From Candidatus Binatia bacterium (GTDB taxonomy: Bacteria; Desulfobacterota; Binatia; UBA9968), in contig JBGPIK010000001.1 of assembly GCA_041484845.1 (NCBI GenBank), positions 529-64,528 of the forward strand: 64,000 nt of DNA. Reading direction: 5' to 3'. Made by a program: the position numbers and the translations under genes. The notes beneath the pieces are model-generated. The model had not been told where the DNA came from and searched no databases. It saw nothing but the letters and a program-made list of their open reading frames with translations. This document shows, piece after piece, positions 28,265-37,162 of this stretch; positions within the stretch are counted from its first letter, which is position 1; each line of letters starts with the position of its first letter.

Positions 28265-29611
28265 TTATGGTCTATTTTTGAGTCGAGAATTATTTTCCGT
28301 TTCGTGGAGCGCGCCTTTTTCAGCAACGGTTGCGCCGGGCCGGTTTGCAAGGCTGTCGTGATCACTGGATCCGGCCGAAGTGGAGGGACGGCTCTGAGCC
28401 GGTGTCGAAGTTTGCGAGTTCATGGCTCTCGGCGAGAAATAATAAAAGCCTGAAAAGATGAGAGCGAGGAGTAAAAATGCAGCAATCACGCCGGTTTTGA
28501 GGTTAATCGGGCTTTGGCGTGGATAAAGATCATATTCGCCGTAGTCCTTGATCAGTTTTTTTAATTGCCGATCGAGGTCGCCGTTTGTCTTAGTGCTCGG
28601 AAGATTTTTTCTTTCAAACTCGATCTCGGTCGAGCGCACGGTAGGATCGGCGTAAATTTTGGTGGTGTTCACAGGAGGAGAATCCGGAATTTCGATTGTT
28701 GGGGAGGACTTCCGAGAAGCCGCGAATTCTCCATAGTTCTTTATGAGATCGTCGAGAAGTCTTTGATCAAAGTCCGTGCTCGCGGTTGTAGCAACCGTGT
28801 CCTTGGTCTCTTCCTCGTTTGCCGTGGCTGCTGGAGAAGTGAAGCGCGGGCTTGCTTCCGTATTTGCGTCGCAGCTTCCAGACGCTGCTGAGTCGCAGAT
28901 GTCGATCTGCGGCTCGTCCACCGGCAAAATTTCTGAATCCGGTGTCAGGAGCGGATCGAACGCTGTCGCCGACGACAAATCCGCGACCCGTGAAGCCAAT
29001 TGATCTTCAAGGCCATTTTCTTGCTCTACCACGGTGGCGGTGGTGATCTCGGTTTGAATCGCCGACTGCGAGGTCAAAGCGGGGAGATTGATTGCTTCGA
29101 GGGATTGCGCTGCGTCGCCCTTTTCGCTGTCTTCGGCCACTCTTGGTATTGGCGCATCATTTTCTTGGACCTGCGCGCACGTCCTGATGGATTGGTCCGC
29201 GTCGCCGGCGATTTGAGTGCCTGGAATCTTCGCTGACTTGTTTAAGCGCGGGAATTGGATGAGTTTGTTCGCCTGCATGAATGTTTGAATGGGGGCATGT
29301 TTTTCTACGGCGTCGAGTTTAGCGATCTCAGCACAGTCACTCAAAGGTTGCTCTACAGCATCGCGCACGGCAGCCATAGACGCTTTGATTTCCGTGAACG
29401 TTTCCAGCTTTCCCCGCAGGTCGGATAGGCGTAATAGGAGGGTTTGAGTCTTATCATGGGCGTTACCTACATCATCAGCGCTAAAGTTTTCAAGTCGCTG
29501 CTGGAGGCCCTGAATAGAGTTGACCACCTTACCGAAAGAGCCCAGGTTGGGTAGATCGTCCGGAGAAGTGCCCGCTGCAAGTCGTATCTCTTCTTTTTGT
29601 GCTGATAGCAT
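28265..29611 (-). CDS. Unknown 448-aa protein: N-terminal coiled coil, acidic low-complexity centre, duplicated LIK(N/D)YGE(F/Y) motif, single TM near the C-terminus
   Basis: First gene after the sigma-54 promoter; TM GVIAAFLLLALIFSGFYYF at aa 374-392. Confidence 0.65.
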   Translation of the reverse strand: MLSAQKEEIRLAAGTSPDDLPNLGSFGKVVNSIQGLQQRLENFSADDVGNAHDKTQTLLLRLSDLRGKLETFTEIKASMAAVRDAVEQPLSDCAEIAKLDAVEKHAPIQTFMQANKLIQFPRLNKSAKIPGTQIAGDADQSIRTCAQVQENDAPIPRVAEDSEKGDAAQSLEAINLPALTSQSAIQTEITTATVVEQENGLEDQLASRVADLSSATAFDPLLTPDSEILPVDEPQIDICDSAASGSCDANTEASPRFTSPAATANEEETKDTVATTASTDFDQRLLDDLIKNYGEFAASRKSSPTIEIPDSPPVNTTKIYADPTVRSTEIEFERKNLPSTKTNGDLDRQLKKLIKDYGEYDLYPRQSPINLKTGVIAAFLLLALIFSGFYYFSPRAMNSQTSTPAQSRPSTSAGSSDHDSLANRPGATVAEKGALHETENNSRLKNRP

Positions 29612-29662
29612 GACTGCAAATCCCGTAAAAGCCTAGCGATTTAGCGCACCGTGTTTGTCTAA

Positions 29663-29678
29663 AGCAAAACAGTTGCCA
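29663..29678 (-). promoter_or_regulatory. Sigma-54 (-24/-12) promoter
   Basis: The minus strand reads TGGCAA-ctgtt-TTGCT, with the -12 element about 50 nt upstream of the ATG at 29611. Confidence 0.65.
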
Positions 29679-29718
29679 TCAGTTGTCAGCGGAAAAAATT
29701 CGTCTTTTCAGTAACATA

Positions 29719-29734
29719 AGGACAGTTTTGTCCT
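29719..29734. promoter_or_regulatory. Palindrome AGGACA-N4-TGTCCT upstream of the sigma-54 promoter (candidate enhancer site)
   Basis: Perfect 6+6 inverted repeat 41-56 nt upstream of the -24 element. Confidence 0.35.
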
Positions 29735-29818
29735 AAAAGTGCTAGATTATTCCCACAGTTCTGTTCATCTTGAACAATATTGTACGTGGTTGTGTGCCGC
29801 TAATTTGTTGCTTGACAA

Positions 29819-30622
29819 CTACCGTGGCTCCAAAATGAGGAGCTGCCTCCGCGAATCAATGGAAGTATGAAAACGACTAAGGAAGTCCAGTCCGAGTAAA
29901 CCGCCTAGCGTTGAGTGGGCGGAAATGTCATGAATGGCGACGGTAAGATTTGTCGCCTCGGCAGCGCCTACTTTTATCGAGCCTAGGCGGGCCAAAGCAA
30001 CGTTGATGAGTCCGTTTGCAGTTGAAATGGTAGCGCGCGATGCCTCGTTGAGACTGAGACTCGCGGCAAGTTGACGTGAAACTACGGTATAGCTCGCGCC
30101 CGTATCCAGTAGCATAAAAGCTTGAACTGTGCGGTTGAGCGTTACGGTCACAAAGGCAGCGGAGCCGGTCATATGAATCGGCACTAGAACGGCACTGGAT
30201 GATGTCGAATCCGACGAAACCGAAGGTATTTCAACCGGAAGCGTCGAAGCGCGTCGACTGGGCAAAGATCTAAAAAAGTCCTCCGTCCGTTTCGCGTCGT
30301 CGGAATCTCCGGCTTTGATCCAGCCGACGAGGCCGCTTTGGGTTTTTACCAAGTACCATTTTGAACCCTCGCTGCCAATTGTTTCCGCGACCGGCAATAG
30401 AGCATCATCCGACTTCGGTACTTCGATCTGAGGCGATGACTCATCGGGCGCTGTGAATAGTCGTAGCGCGCGAGTTACTTTGAGTGGCGGACGGGTAGGA
30501 CCGGTTTGTGCAGCGGCAAAAGGTGTAAGTAGCAGGAGCAAAATCAGCACGGCTGAAGTATTTCGCACCGTTTTTACCAAACTGGTTCTTGATCGATGTC
30601 CAGTACGACGGCCGGAAAACAA
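29819..30622 (-). CDS. Secreted retropepsin-like (clan AA) aspartic protease with an SH3-like N-domain
   Basis: Signal peptide; WYLVKTQSGLVGWIKAGD (bacterial SH3-like); LLDTGASYTVVS (DTGA active site) and GLLGLDFL. Confidence 0.75.
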   Translation of the reverse strand: MFSGRRTGHRSRTSLVKTVRNTSAVLILLLLLTPFAAAQTGPTRPPLKVTRALRLFTAPDESSPQIEVPKSDDALLPVAETIGSEGSKWYLVKTQSGLVGWIKAGDSDDAKRTEDFFRSLPSRRASTLPVEIPSVSSDSTSSSAVLVPIHMTGSAAFVTVTLNRTVQAFMLLDTGASYTVVSRQLAASLSLNEASRATISTANGLINVALARLGSIKVGAAEATNLTVAIHDISAHSTLGGLLGLDFLSRFHTSIDSRRQLLILEPR

Positions 30623-30630
30623 AAGCCACG

Positions 30631-31911
30631 CTATAGCGGCAGTGCAAACTTCTCGATTTTGCGATACAGCGTCCGGGTTGATATTCCCAGAGCCTCTGCT
30701 GCCTTGGCCTTGTTGCCATTCGTTTGACGGAGGGCGTCCTCAATAAGCGTTTTTTCGCCCTCTTCGATGTTACGTATTGCTTTTGTGCCGATCTCTTCGC
30801 GACGTCCGGTTGCATACTGCTGCAAATTCATGGGTAAATCACTGATCGTAATATATTCACCATCAGACACCATGACGGAGCTTTCGATCACGCTTCTCAG
30901 TTCCCGAATATTTCCTGGCCAATGGTAGTCTAAGAAAAGCGCCTTGACCGAACTAGTGAGCTTTTTCAGCGGCTTCTGATACTGGTTGCAACAGTGATAC
31001 ACGAAGTTTGCAACCATGAGGATGATATCTTCTCTTCGTTCTCGTAGTGGAGGAAGTATGACTCTGGCACTGTTGAGGCGAAAGTACAGGTCTTTTCTGA
31101 AACCGTTGTTCTGAATGGCATCTTCAAGTTCTTTGTTGGTTGCTGCAATGATTCGAACGTCGCTTATTCGAGGCGATGATTCGCCCACCTTGTAGAACTC
31201 GCGCGTCTCGAGAAAGCGCAAGAGCTTCAACTGGATGGCCGGCGCAAGATCGCCAATTTCGTCGAGGAACAAAGTCCCGCCTTCGGCGGCTTCGATCAGC
31301 CCCTTTTTGTTGCGATCCGCCCCTGTGAAGGCTCCCCTGACGTAACCGAACAGTTCGCTTTCAACCAGGGTTTCGGGAATTGCTGTCATGTTGCATCCAA
31401 CGAAAGGTCTATTTGTCCGAGAGCCTTGCGAATGTATGTACTGGGCCATGATTTCTTTGCCGGTGCCGGTTTCACCCGTGATGAGTACCGTAATGTCGTG
31501 CATGGCGTAACGATTGGCGAGATTCAAAACTTCATGAAACTGGGGCGTCTCGCCGATCATTTGCGGTACATTGAGGGCTACGGCGGTTTTGCCCTCGTCC
31601 GTCGATTGTGCAAAATGGCCGATCAGGGTGTAGAGATTGTGCGCGTGTTCAGCATGGTAACAAACGAGTGAGAGATCGGCAGGATGGTCGCGGACCCGCT
31701 CCATAAATTTTTCCCAGCCGTCGCCACGGCACAGCGCCATGTCCGCAAAGATAACTTTAACCTGATCCAACGGAAAACCCGAAAACACTCGCTCCGCCTC
31801 TTGTACGTTGCGGCTCACATGAACTGAGAAATCCCTCGCCTCCAATATTTTTAAAAGTGAAATAAGTGCGGAGTCGAGTGGCTGGATCAGGAGGGCTAAA
31901 GGTTTTGGCAT
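30631..31911 (-). CDS. Sigma-54-dependent transcriptional activator (receiver-like N-domain, AAA+, Fis-type HTH)
   Basis: GETGTGKE Walker A, GAFTGA loop, LFLDEIG Walker B, C-terminal GNKAKAAEALGISTRTLYRKI. Confidence 0.9.
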   Translation of the reverse strand: MPKPLALLIQPLDSALISLLKILEARDFSVHVSRNVQEAERVFSGFPLDQVKVIFADMALCRGDGWEKFMERVRDHPADLSLVCYHAEHAHNLYTLIGHFAQSTDEGKTAVALNVPQMIGETPQFHEVLNLANRYAMHDITVLITGETGTGKEIMAQYIHSQGSRTNRPFVGCNMTAIPETLVESELFGYVRGAFTGADRNKKGLIEAAEGGTLFLDEIGDLAPAIQLKLLRFLETREFYKVGESSPRISDVRIIAATNKELEDAIQNNGFRKDLYFRLNSARVILPPLRERREDIILMVANFVYHCCNQYQKPLKKLTSSVKALFLDYHWPGNIRELRSVIESSVMVSDGEYITISDLPMNLQQYATGRREEIGTKAIRNIEEGEKTLIEDALRQTNGNKAKAAEALGISTRTLYRKIEKFALPL

Positions 31912-31918
31912 AATCGAT

Positions 31919-33382
31919 TTATTCGTGGGATGGTGGAGCGGGGAGGATCACCATATTTTCCAGCGAATCCGCGAGTAACTCAGGCGTGATGCGACGGGAG
32001 GAGCCAAGATAGTTCGAGGCTGCGATTACGTGTTCGGCGATAAACTTCGGATGGAATCCGGCCAATGGAACCTTGTGCTTTAAATAAAAGGTATTGAGCA
32101 AATGGGCCATCATCTCGGGTGAAAATTCCAATCCATAGGAATCGCAAATTCTGCAGAAAATCTCTTTGTATTCCTCGATCGTGGGCGGGTTAATCTTAAG
32201 CTTGTAATGAACTCGGCGCAGCTGCGCGGGATCCATGAGCTCTTCCGGTGGAAAGTTGGTAGCGAAGATGACCAATTGATCGAACAGAAGGGCGAATTTT
32301 TTTCCCGTGTGAAGGGTGAGGTAATCCACCTTGCGTTCCAGAGGGAAAATCCATCGGTTTAGCAATTCATGAGGGCGCACGCGCTGTCGCCCGAAGTCAT
32401 CGATCACGAATACTCCGCCTGTGGCTTTCAATTGCAGCGGGGCTTCGTAATATTTCGAGTAAGGATCAAAATCCAGGTCCAGCATCTCGAGAGTTAGCTC
32501 ACCCCCCGAAATGATATAAGGCCTTTTGCACCGTATCCAACGCGGGTCGTAGTCCATTTGAGGCAGGAACATCGGATGGGAGTCGCCAGAATCGCCACGG
32601 TTGTCACTGTGAGAAGGCGGGAGCGGTACATGCACCGATGAGTCGTAAATCTTGATGATCTGCCCGTCAGCCGCGATAGCATAGGGAATATAAGTCGGCT
32701 GTTCGAATGCGCTGACCAAAGCCTCAGCGATCGATGTTTTGCCGTTCCCAGCGGCTCCGTAAATCAAAATGGCCCTCCCGGAATTAGCCGCGGGCCCAAG
32801 GCGCCGAACGATCTCGTCCGAGAGCACGAGATGAGACAACGCCTTTCGTAGCTTCTCGATGCTAATGATCTCATTGGTAATTGTCTGCTTTTGAACTTGA
32901 ACTTGGTACATTTCGAGCGGAACAGGAACCGGTCCAATATACTCACAACGTCGTAGCGCTTCGCTCGCCCTTTCTTTGCCGGCATGGGTAAGAGCATAGC
33001 GTAAGATGTTGTAGTTTTTTGCCGACGGACCGCGTATTTCAACCAGCGCTTCTTTTTTTGCAAATGCTAAAAGTTCTTCAATGACGGGCCGAGTAAGCTT
33101 AATCTGCTCAGAGAGCTCCGGAATAGTTTCCAGGGCCGAGATGTACATGGTTCGCAGAAGGCAATTGAGCAGAAAATTAGACTCCAGCCCCGTTTGTTCA
33201 ATAGTTTTGGCAACACGAGGCGGCTCCTGAAGAATCTCATCAAGCCTATCCCGAGTGACGTACCCGAGCGCAACCAGATTATCACCGAGGCGGCCGCCGG
33301 CGATTTTCTGCTGATGGAGCACTTTTTTGAGCTGCTCCTCGTTGATGACATTATTTTCTAGTAAAAGTTTACCGATGGCCAT
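31919..33382 (-). CDS. MshEN (T2SSE_N)-domain protein fused to a MoxR/AAA_5-like AAA+ ATPase
   Basis: The N-terminus carries two tandem 24-aa MshEN-type motifs. Walker A GAAGNGKTS, Walker B VFVIDDFG, LLNRWIFPLE..VIFATNFPP. Confidence 0.75.
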   Translation of the reverse strand: MAIGKLLLENNVINEEQLKKVLHQQKIAGGRLGDNLVALGYVTRDRLDEILQEPPRVAKTIEQTGLESNFLLNCLLRTMYISALETIPELSEQIKLTRPVIEELLAFAKKEALVEIRGPSAKNYNILRYALTHAGKERASEALRRCEYIGPVPVPLEMYQVQVQKQTITNEIISIEKLRKALSHLVLSDEIVRRLGPAANSGRAILIYGAAGNGKTSIAEALVSAFEQPTYIPYAIAADGQIIKIYDSSVHVPLPPSHSDNRGDSGDSHPMFLPQMDYDPRWIRCKRPYIISGGELTLEMLDLDFDPYSKYYEAPLQLKATGGVFVIDDFGRQRVRPHELLNRWIFPLERKVDYLTLHTGKKFALLFDQLVIFATNFPPEELMDPAQLRRVHYKLKINPPTIEEYKEIFCRICDSYGLEFSPEMMAHLLNTFYLKHKVPLAGFHPKFIAEHVIAASNYLGSSRRITPELLADSLENMVILPAPPSHE

Positions 33383-33546
33383 AAAATGATATTTAAGTCA
33401 TGGAAACAACACTGCTTTTGGCGAGGCAAACGATTGTATTCATGGTGTTTTCAGAAAAACTTGCAAAAAACCCTTTCATTATAGGTTATAATCAGCACGT
33501 GTCAAGAAAAGTTTCCTGATGGGTCGTGGCCGAAAGGGATTCGGAA

Positions 33547-35667
33547 ATGAGATTTAGATGTTTGCTGATGAAAGCGGCGATGGCGACACTGTCCTATTTT
33601 GTTATCGGCTGTTCCTTATCGGAGCAAAATGCAAAAAAAACCACTCCAGTCGGGTTTATTACCACCCCGGCTTCGTATTACAGCTCAGCGAAGGCGCGAT
33701 ACCTTGGCGCGAAATATAAGGAAAACTTAGATCGATTGGCCGAACGCATCGTGCGCAATCCTAAAACGGCCAATCTGCAATTCGCCAATAACATTTCCTC
33801 CGTTGGAGGCATCGGTTTTTTTACTCATTCAGCAACGAATACCCCTGATGAACGGTATTTGGAAGTCATTGTTAGCGCGCCTCAAAGTTTTGAAAAGAAG
33901 GAGATTTTCAACACCAAGGTCGCGCGGATTTTTGCCGCATACGGAACAGAGTTGTTGTCTATTCTTGCCGGCGATCCAGCCATTTATCAAGAAAACGAAG
34001 TCAGCGGCTATGGTTTGAATCTGACCTGGAGAAGCCTTGTCCAGGGTTCAACCGGGAGCGGTATCACTCTGGAGGGCGCGGTGATGTATTTTTCGAAAGA
34101 AACAGTTAGAGCCTTCCTACATCAAGACATCGATCAAAACAATTTTCTCACGAGAGCAATCATCTTCGCGGCTGAAGAAAACGGCCCACTGAACTTAATT
34201 TCTTATCGCCAACCGGATCCGGGGCCGGATACGCGGTTACCTATTCACGAGGAACCCCTTAGCGTGCCGCAAATAGACGCTCAAACGGAATCGGGCTCTT
34301 TATCCCAGCCGCGAATTGAAGCAGCAAGAGAGACGGCACCGCCTTTAGCCGTGGCCAACGATGAGCGATTGACGTCAAGCGCTCGTGTCGTTCCGATTAC
34401 CGCAGCAAGGCAACAGTCCGCAGATGGCAAGGGGCAAGAGCAAGTCGCAATTAACAAATCACCACAACCGGCTATTGCCTTCGAAGCCCCGATCGTGCAA
34501 CCGCCGTTGGTCCCGTCAAAGACACAGCCGGCACGGACTGTAGAACCTACGACTACTAAGAGGACGGAAAGTACTTCGGTTACCAAGCGACCCGATGAAC
34601 AATCTGATTTGCATAAAGCCGAACAACAAGCGAATGCATCTCAAGTATCAAAAGCGGATAGATTTCACCAAATAAAACCGTCGAAGGATGAGCGCAAGTC
34701 TGCTTCTGGGGAAATGTCGGCGCCGAAAAACGGCGGGCCTGGCACCGAAATACCGAAAGCGGCGACGACCAACAAAGCTCAGTCGCAAGGCGCCATTGGC
34801 GAACAATTGGCATCCGAGACTTCCAGGGTGGCGGGGAAATCAGGTGACGAAAAGAAAGCAGCCGCATTGTCTAAGACCACATCTGAAGCTCAAGCCTTTC
34901 CCGTGAAAGCAGCGCAACCGGAAGCAAAAAATAAATTTGAGCCATTGACGAGCGAGCAGGTCGCTCTCGCCCGGAAGAATTCGGTTGCCGGCAGTCAAGA
35001 GACGCCGCGCCAAATTGTAAGTGCATTGCCGACGCAAGGGAGCCGAGTGGAAATAGCGAAACCTCTGCCAAATCCGGTCACGAAAAAACCAGCGCGTGAT
35101 GATCCTCAGAACGAAGAAATCGTTGAGGCCGCACCTCTGAGTACTGACGCAGACAAGAGTGCTCGAGGGAAAAACCATGAAGCCGCGGTTGTCGCGAAAT
35201 CAACGGTCAAGGCTCCGAGTCTCGCGCCATTGCCGGCAAAAAGTACGGCTAAGGAAAATTCGCCACCGCTAAGGGCCAAGTTACCCAACGAGCAGATTGG
35301 ACTGCTATTAACTAAGCCCAGTGGGACCGCACCTGAAAAACGAGCTGTCGCACGCTCGCGGCCCAAAGCGTTGGAAGGTTATATTATTCAAGTGGGGTTT
35401 AACAACAAAAACGACGCGCAGCGCTGGGCCGAAACGCTCGAGCGACGCGGCTACGCCGTCTCTGTGACACAGGCGGACGGCGCGGGGTCGGTGCGTTTAC
35501 GATTAGGGAACTTTTCCGTTCGCGACGAAGCCGAGAGACAGCTTAAGTCCCTGAAGCAGGAAGGACTGAGCGGAATCGTCATCAACCTGCCCCAAGCCTA
35601 TCGGCCCGAGGTGCCCGTGCCGGCTTCTGAAGAATCGCAACCGCAATCTGTACGAACTAACAATTGA
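33547..35667 (+). CDS. SPOR-domain lipoprotein with a long low-complexity linker
   Basis: Lipobox YFVIGCS; C-terminal YIIQVGFNNKNDAQRWAETLERRGYAV..RLRLGNF is SPOR. The start is ambiguous (33526, 33547 or 33568). Confidence 0.75.
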   Translation: MRFRCLLMKAAMATLSYFVIGCSLSEQNAKKTTPVGFITTPASYYSSAKARYLGAKYKENLDRLAERIVRNPKTANLQFANNISSVGGIGFFTHSATNTPDERYLEVIVSAPQSFEKKEIFNTKVARIFAAYGTELLSILAGDPAIYQENEVSGYGLNLTWRSLVQGSTGSGITLEGAVMYFSKETVRAFLHQDIDQNNFLTRAIIFAAEENGPLNLISYRQPDPGPDTRLPIHEEPLSVPQIDAQTESGSLSQPRIEAARETAPPLAVANDERLTSSARVVPITAARQQSADGKGQEQVAINKSPQPAIAFEAPIVQPPLVPSKTQPARTVEPTTTKRTESTSVTKRPDEQSDLHKAEQQANASQVSKADRFHQIKPSKDERKSASGEMSAPKNGGPGTEIPKAATTNKAQSQGAIGEQLASETSRVAGKSGDEKKAAALSKTTSEAQAFPVKAAQPEAKNKFEPLTSEQVALARKNSVAGSQETPRQIVSALPTQGSRVEIAKPLPNPVTKKPARDDPQNEEIVEAAPLSTDADKSARGKNHEAAVVAKSTVKAPSLAPLPAKSTAKENSPPLRAKLPNEQIGLLLTKPSGTAPEKRAVARSRPKALEGYIIQVGFNNKNDAQRWAETLERRGYAVSVTQADGAGSVRLRLGNFSVRDEAERQLKSLKQEGLSGIVINLPQAYRPEVPVPASEESQPQSVRTNN

Positions 35668-35707
35668 GCCATCGTGTGGCTTGAGAGCCAGCGGAAGAGG
35701 GTCAACG

Positions 35708-37156
35708 CTAGCCGGCGAGTTTAAGCTTTTGCTTGAGGATCTCGTTAACTTTGTGTGGACTGGCTTTGCCTTGAGTTGCCTTCATCACTTGACCCACTAA
35801 AAAACCAAAAACCTTTTCGTTGCCCGCGTGGTACTGCGCAACCTGCTGGGCGTTTGTCTCAAGCACCTGCTGAACGGCTGTTTCGATACTTTCGGCATCC
35901 GAAAGTTGCTCAAGACCTTGCTCCTTGACAATGTCACTCGGCGATCGGCCCGAATCGATTAGGCTATCGAATACGGTTTTGGCAATTTTGCCACTGATCT
36001 TGTCTTCATCGATAAGACGAACAAGTTCCGCCACGTGCCGCGCTGGTACGGGCCAGGAGCGGATATAGAGCTGCTCGTCGAGGCCGCGTTCTTTGATCAC
36101 GCGAAACAAATCGCCGATAATCCAGTTGCTGATCGCCTTAGAATTTGAGTGTATTGCGACGGCCGCTTCAAAAAAATCAGCGACGTCTTTGCGGCTGGTA
36201 AGCAGTCCGGCGTCATACACGGAAAGCGCGTATTGGGCAATGAACCGCGTTTTACGCGGATCGGGAAGCTCGGGCAGAGAATTGCGGATTGCATCGGTCC
36301 AGTTCTCATCAATGATGAGTGGGAGCAAATCGGGATCGGGAAAGTAACGGTAGTCATGCGCAAACTCTTTGGTTCGCATGGAACGGGTAACCTCGCGGTC
36401 CGGATCCCACAGACGCGTTTCTTGAACCAGGCGGCCACCATCGGTAAGTGTGTCGATGTGCCTGGCGATCTCATACCGTAAGGCTTTTTCCACGGCTTTG
36501 AACGAGTTGAGGTTTTTTAACTCGGCTTTGGTGCCCAATGCCTCCGTTCCTTCAGGCCTCACGGAAATGTTGGCATCGCAACGAAAACTACCTTCCTCCA
36601 TATTGCCGTCGCAAATTTCGAGATATTGCAGGATCACCCGTAAGGCGCGTAGATAACTTCCCGCCTCCGCAGCCGTGCGCAGGTCAGGTTCGCTGACAAT
36701 TTCTAACAGAGGCACGCCGGCGCGATTGAGATCCACCAGGCTAGAGTCTCCATGGAGGTCGTGAATATTCTTTCCGGCATCTTCCTCCATATGAATGCGC
36801 GTGATTCGAATCCGCCGCGATTTTCCATCGACGTCAATGTCAACATAGCCGTTTGTACAAACAGGAAGTTCGTATTGACTGATCTGATAACCTTTAGGCA
36901 GATCGGGATAAAAATAATTTTTTCGCGCGAAACGGCTCGAAGGCGCAATCTGACAATGAGTCGCGAGGCCCGCTTTAATGGCGAAGTCCACCACTTTTTT
37001 GTTTAAAACGGGTAAAACGCCGGGAAAACCGGCGCAGACCGGGCAGGTATGGTGATTAGGCTCGGCGCCAAAGCGGGTCGAGCAACCACAAAAGATTTTC
37101 GACTGGGTAAGCAGTTGAGCGTGAACTTCGAGCCCGATGACCGATTCGTATTTCAT
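35708..37156 (-). CDS. gatB: Asp-tRNA(Asn)/Glu-tRNA(Gln) amidotransferase subunit B
   Basis: [21 protein letters not shown].. is the canonical GatB N-terminus; full length. Confidence 0.97.
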   Translation of the reverse strand: MKYESVIGLEVHAQLLTQSKIFCGCSTRFGAEPNHHTCPVCAGFPGVLPVLNKKVVDFAIKAGLATHCQIAPSSRFARKNYFYPDLPKGYQISQYELPVCTNGYVDIDVDGKSRRIRITRIHMEEDAGKNIHDLHGDSSLVDLNRAGVPLLEIVSEPDLRTAAEAGSYLRALRVILQYLEICDGNMEEGSFRCDANISVRPEGTEALGTKAELKNLNSFKAVEKALRYEIARHIDTLTDGGRLVQETRLWDPDREVTRSMRTKEFAHDYRYFPDPDLLPLIIDENWTDAIRNSLPELPDPRKTRFIAQYALSVYDAGLLTSRKDVADFFEAAVAIHSNSKAISNWIIGDLFRVIKERGLDEQLYIRSWPVPARHVAELVRLIDEDKISGKIAKTVFDSLIDSGRSPSDIVKEQGLEQLSDAESIETAVQQVLETNAQQVAQYHAGNEKVFGFLVGQVMKATQGKASPHKVNEILKQKLKLAG

Positions 37157-37162
37157 AGCGCG

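Noticed and set aside
33401-33416. TGGAAA-caaca-CTGCT upstream of the SPOR gene as a sigma-54 promoter
   Set aside because: Spacing is right but the -24 element is poor (TGGAAA). Evidence is insufficient.
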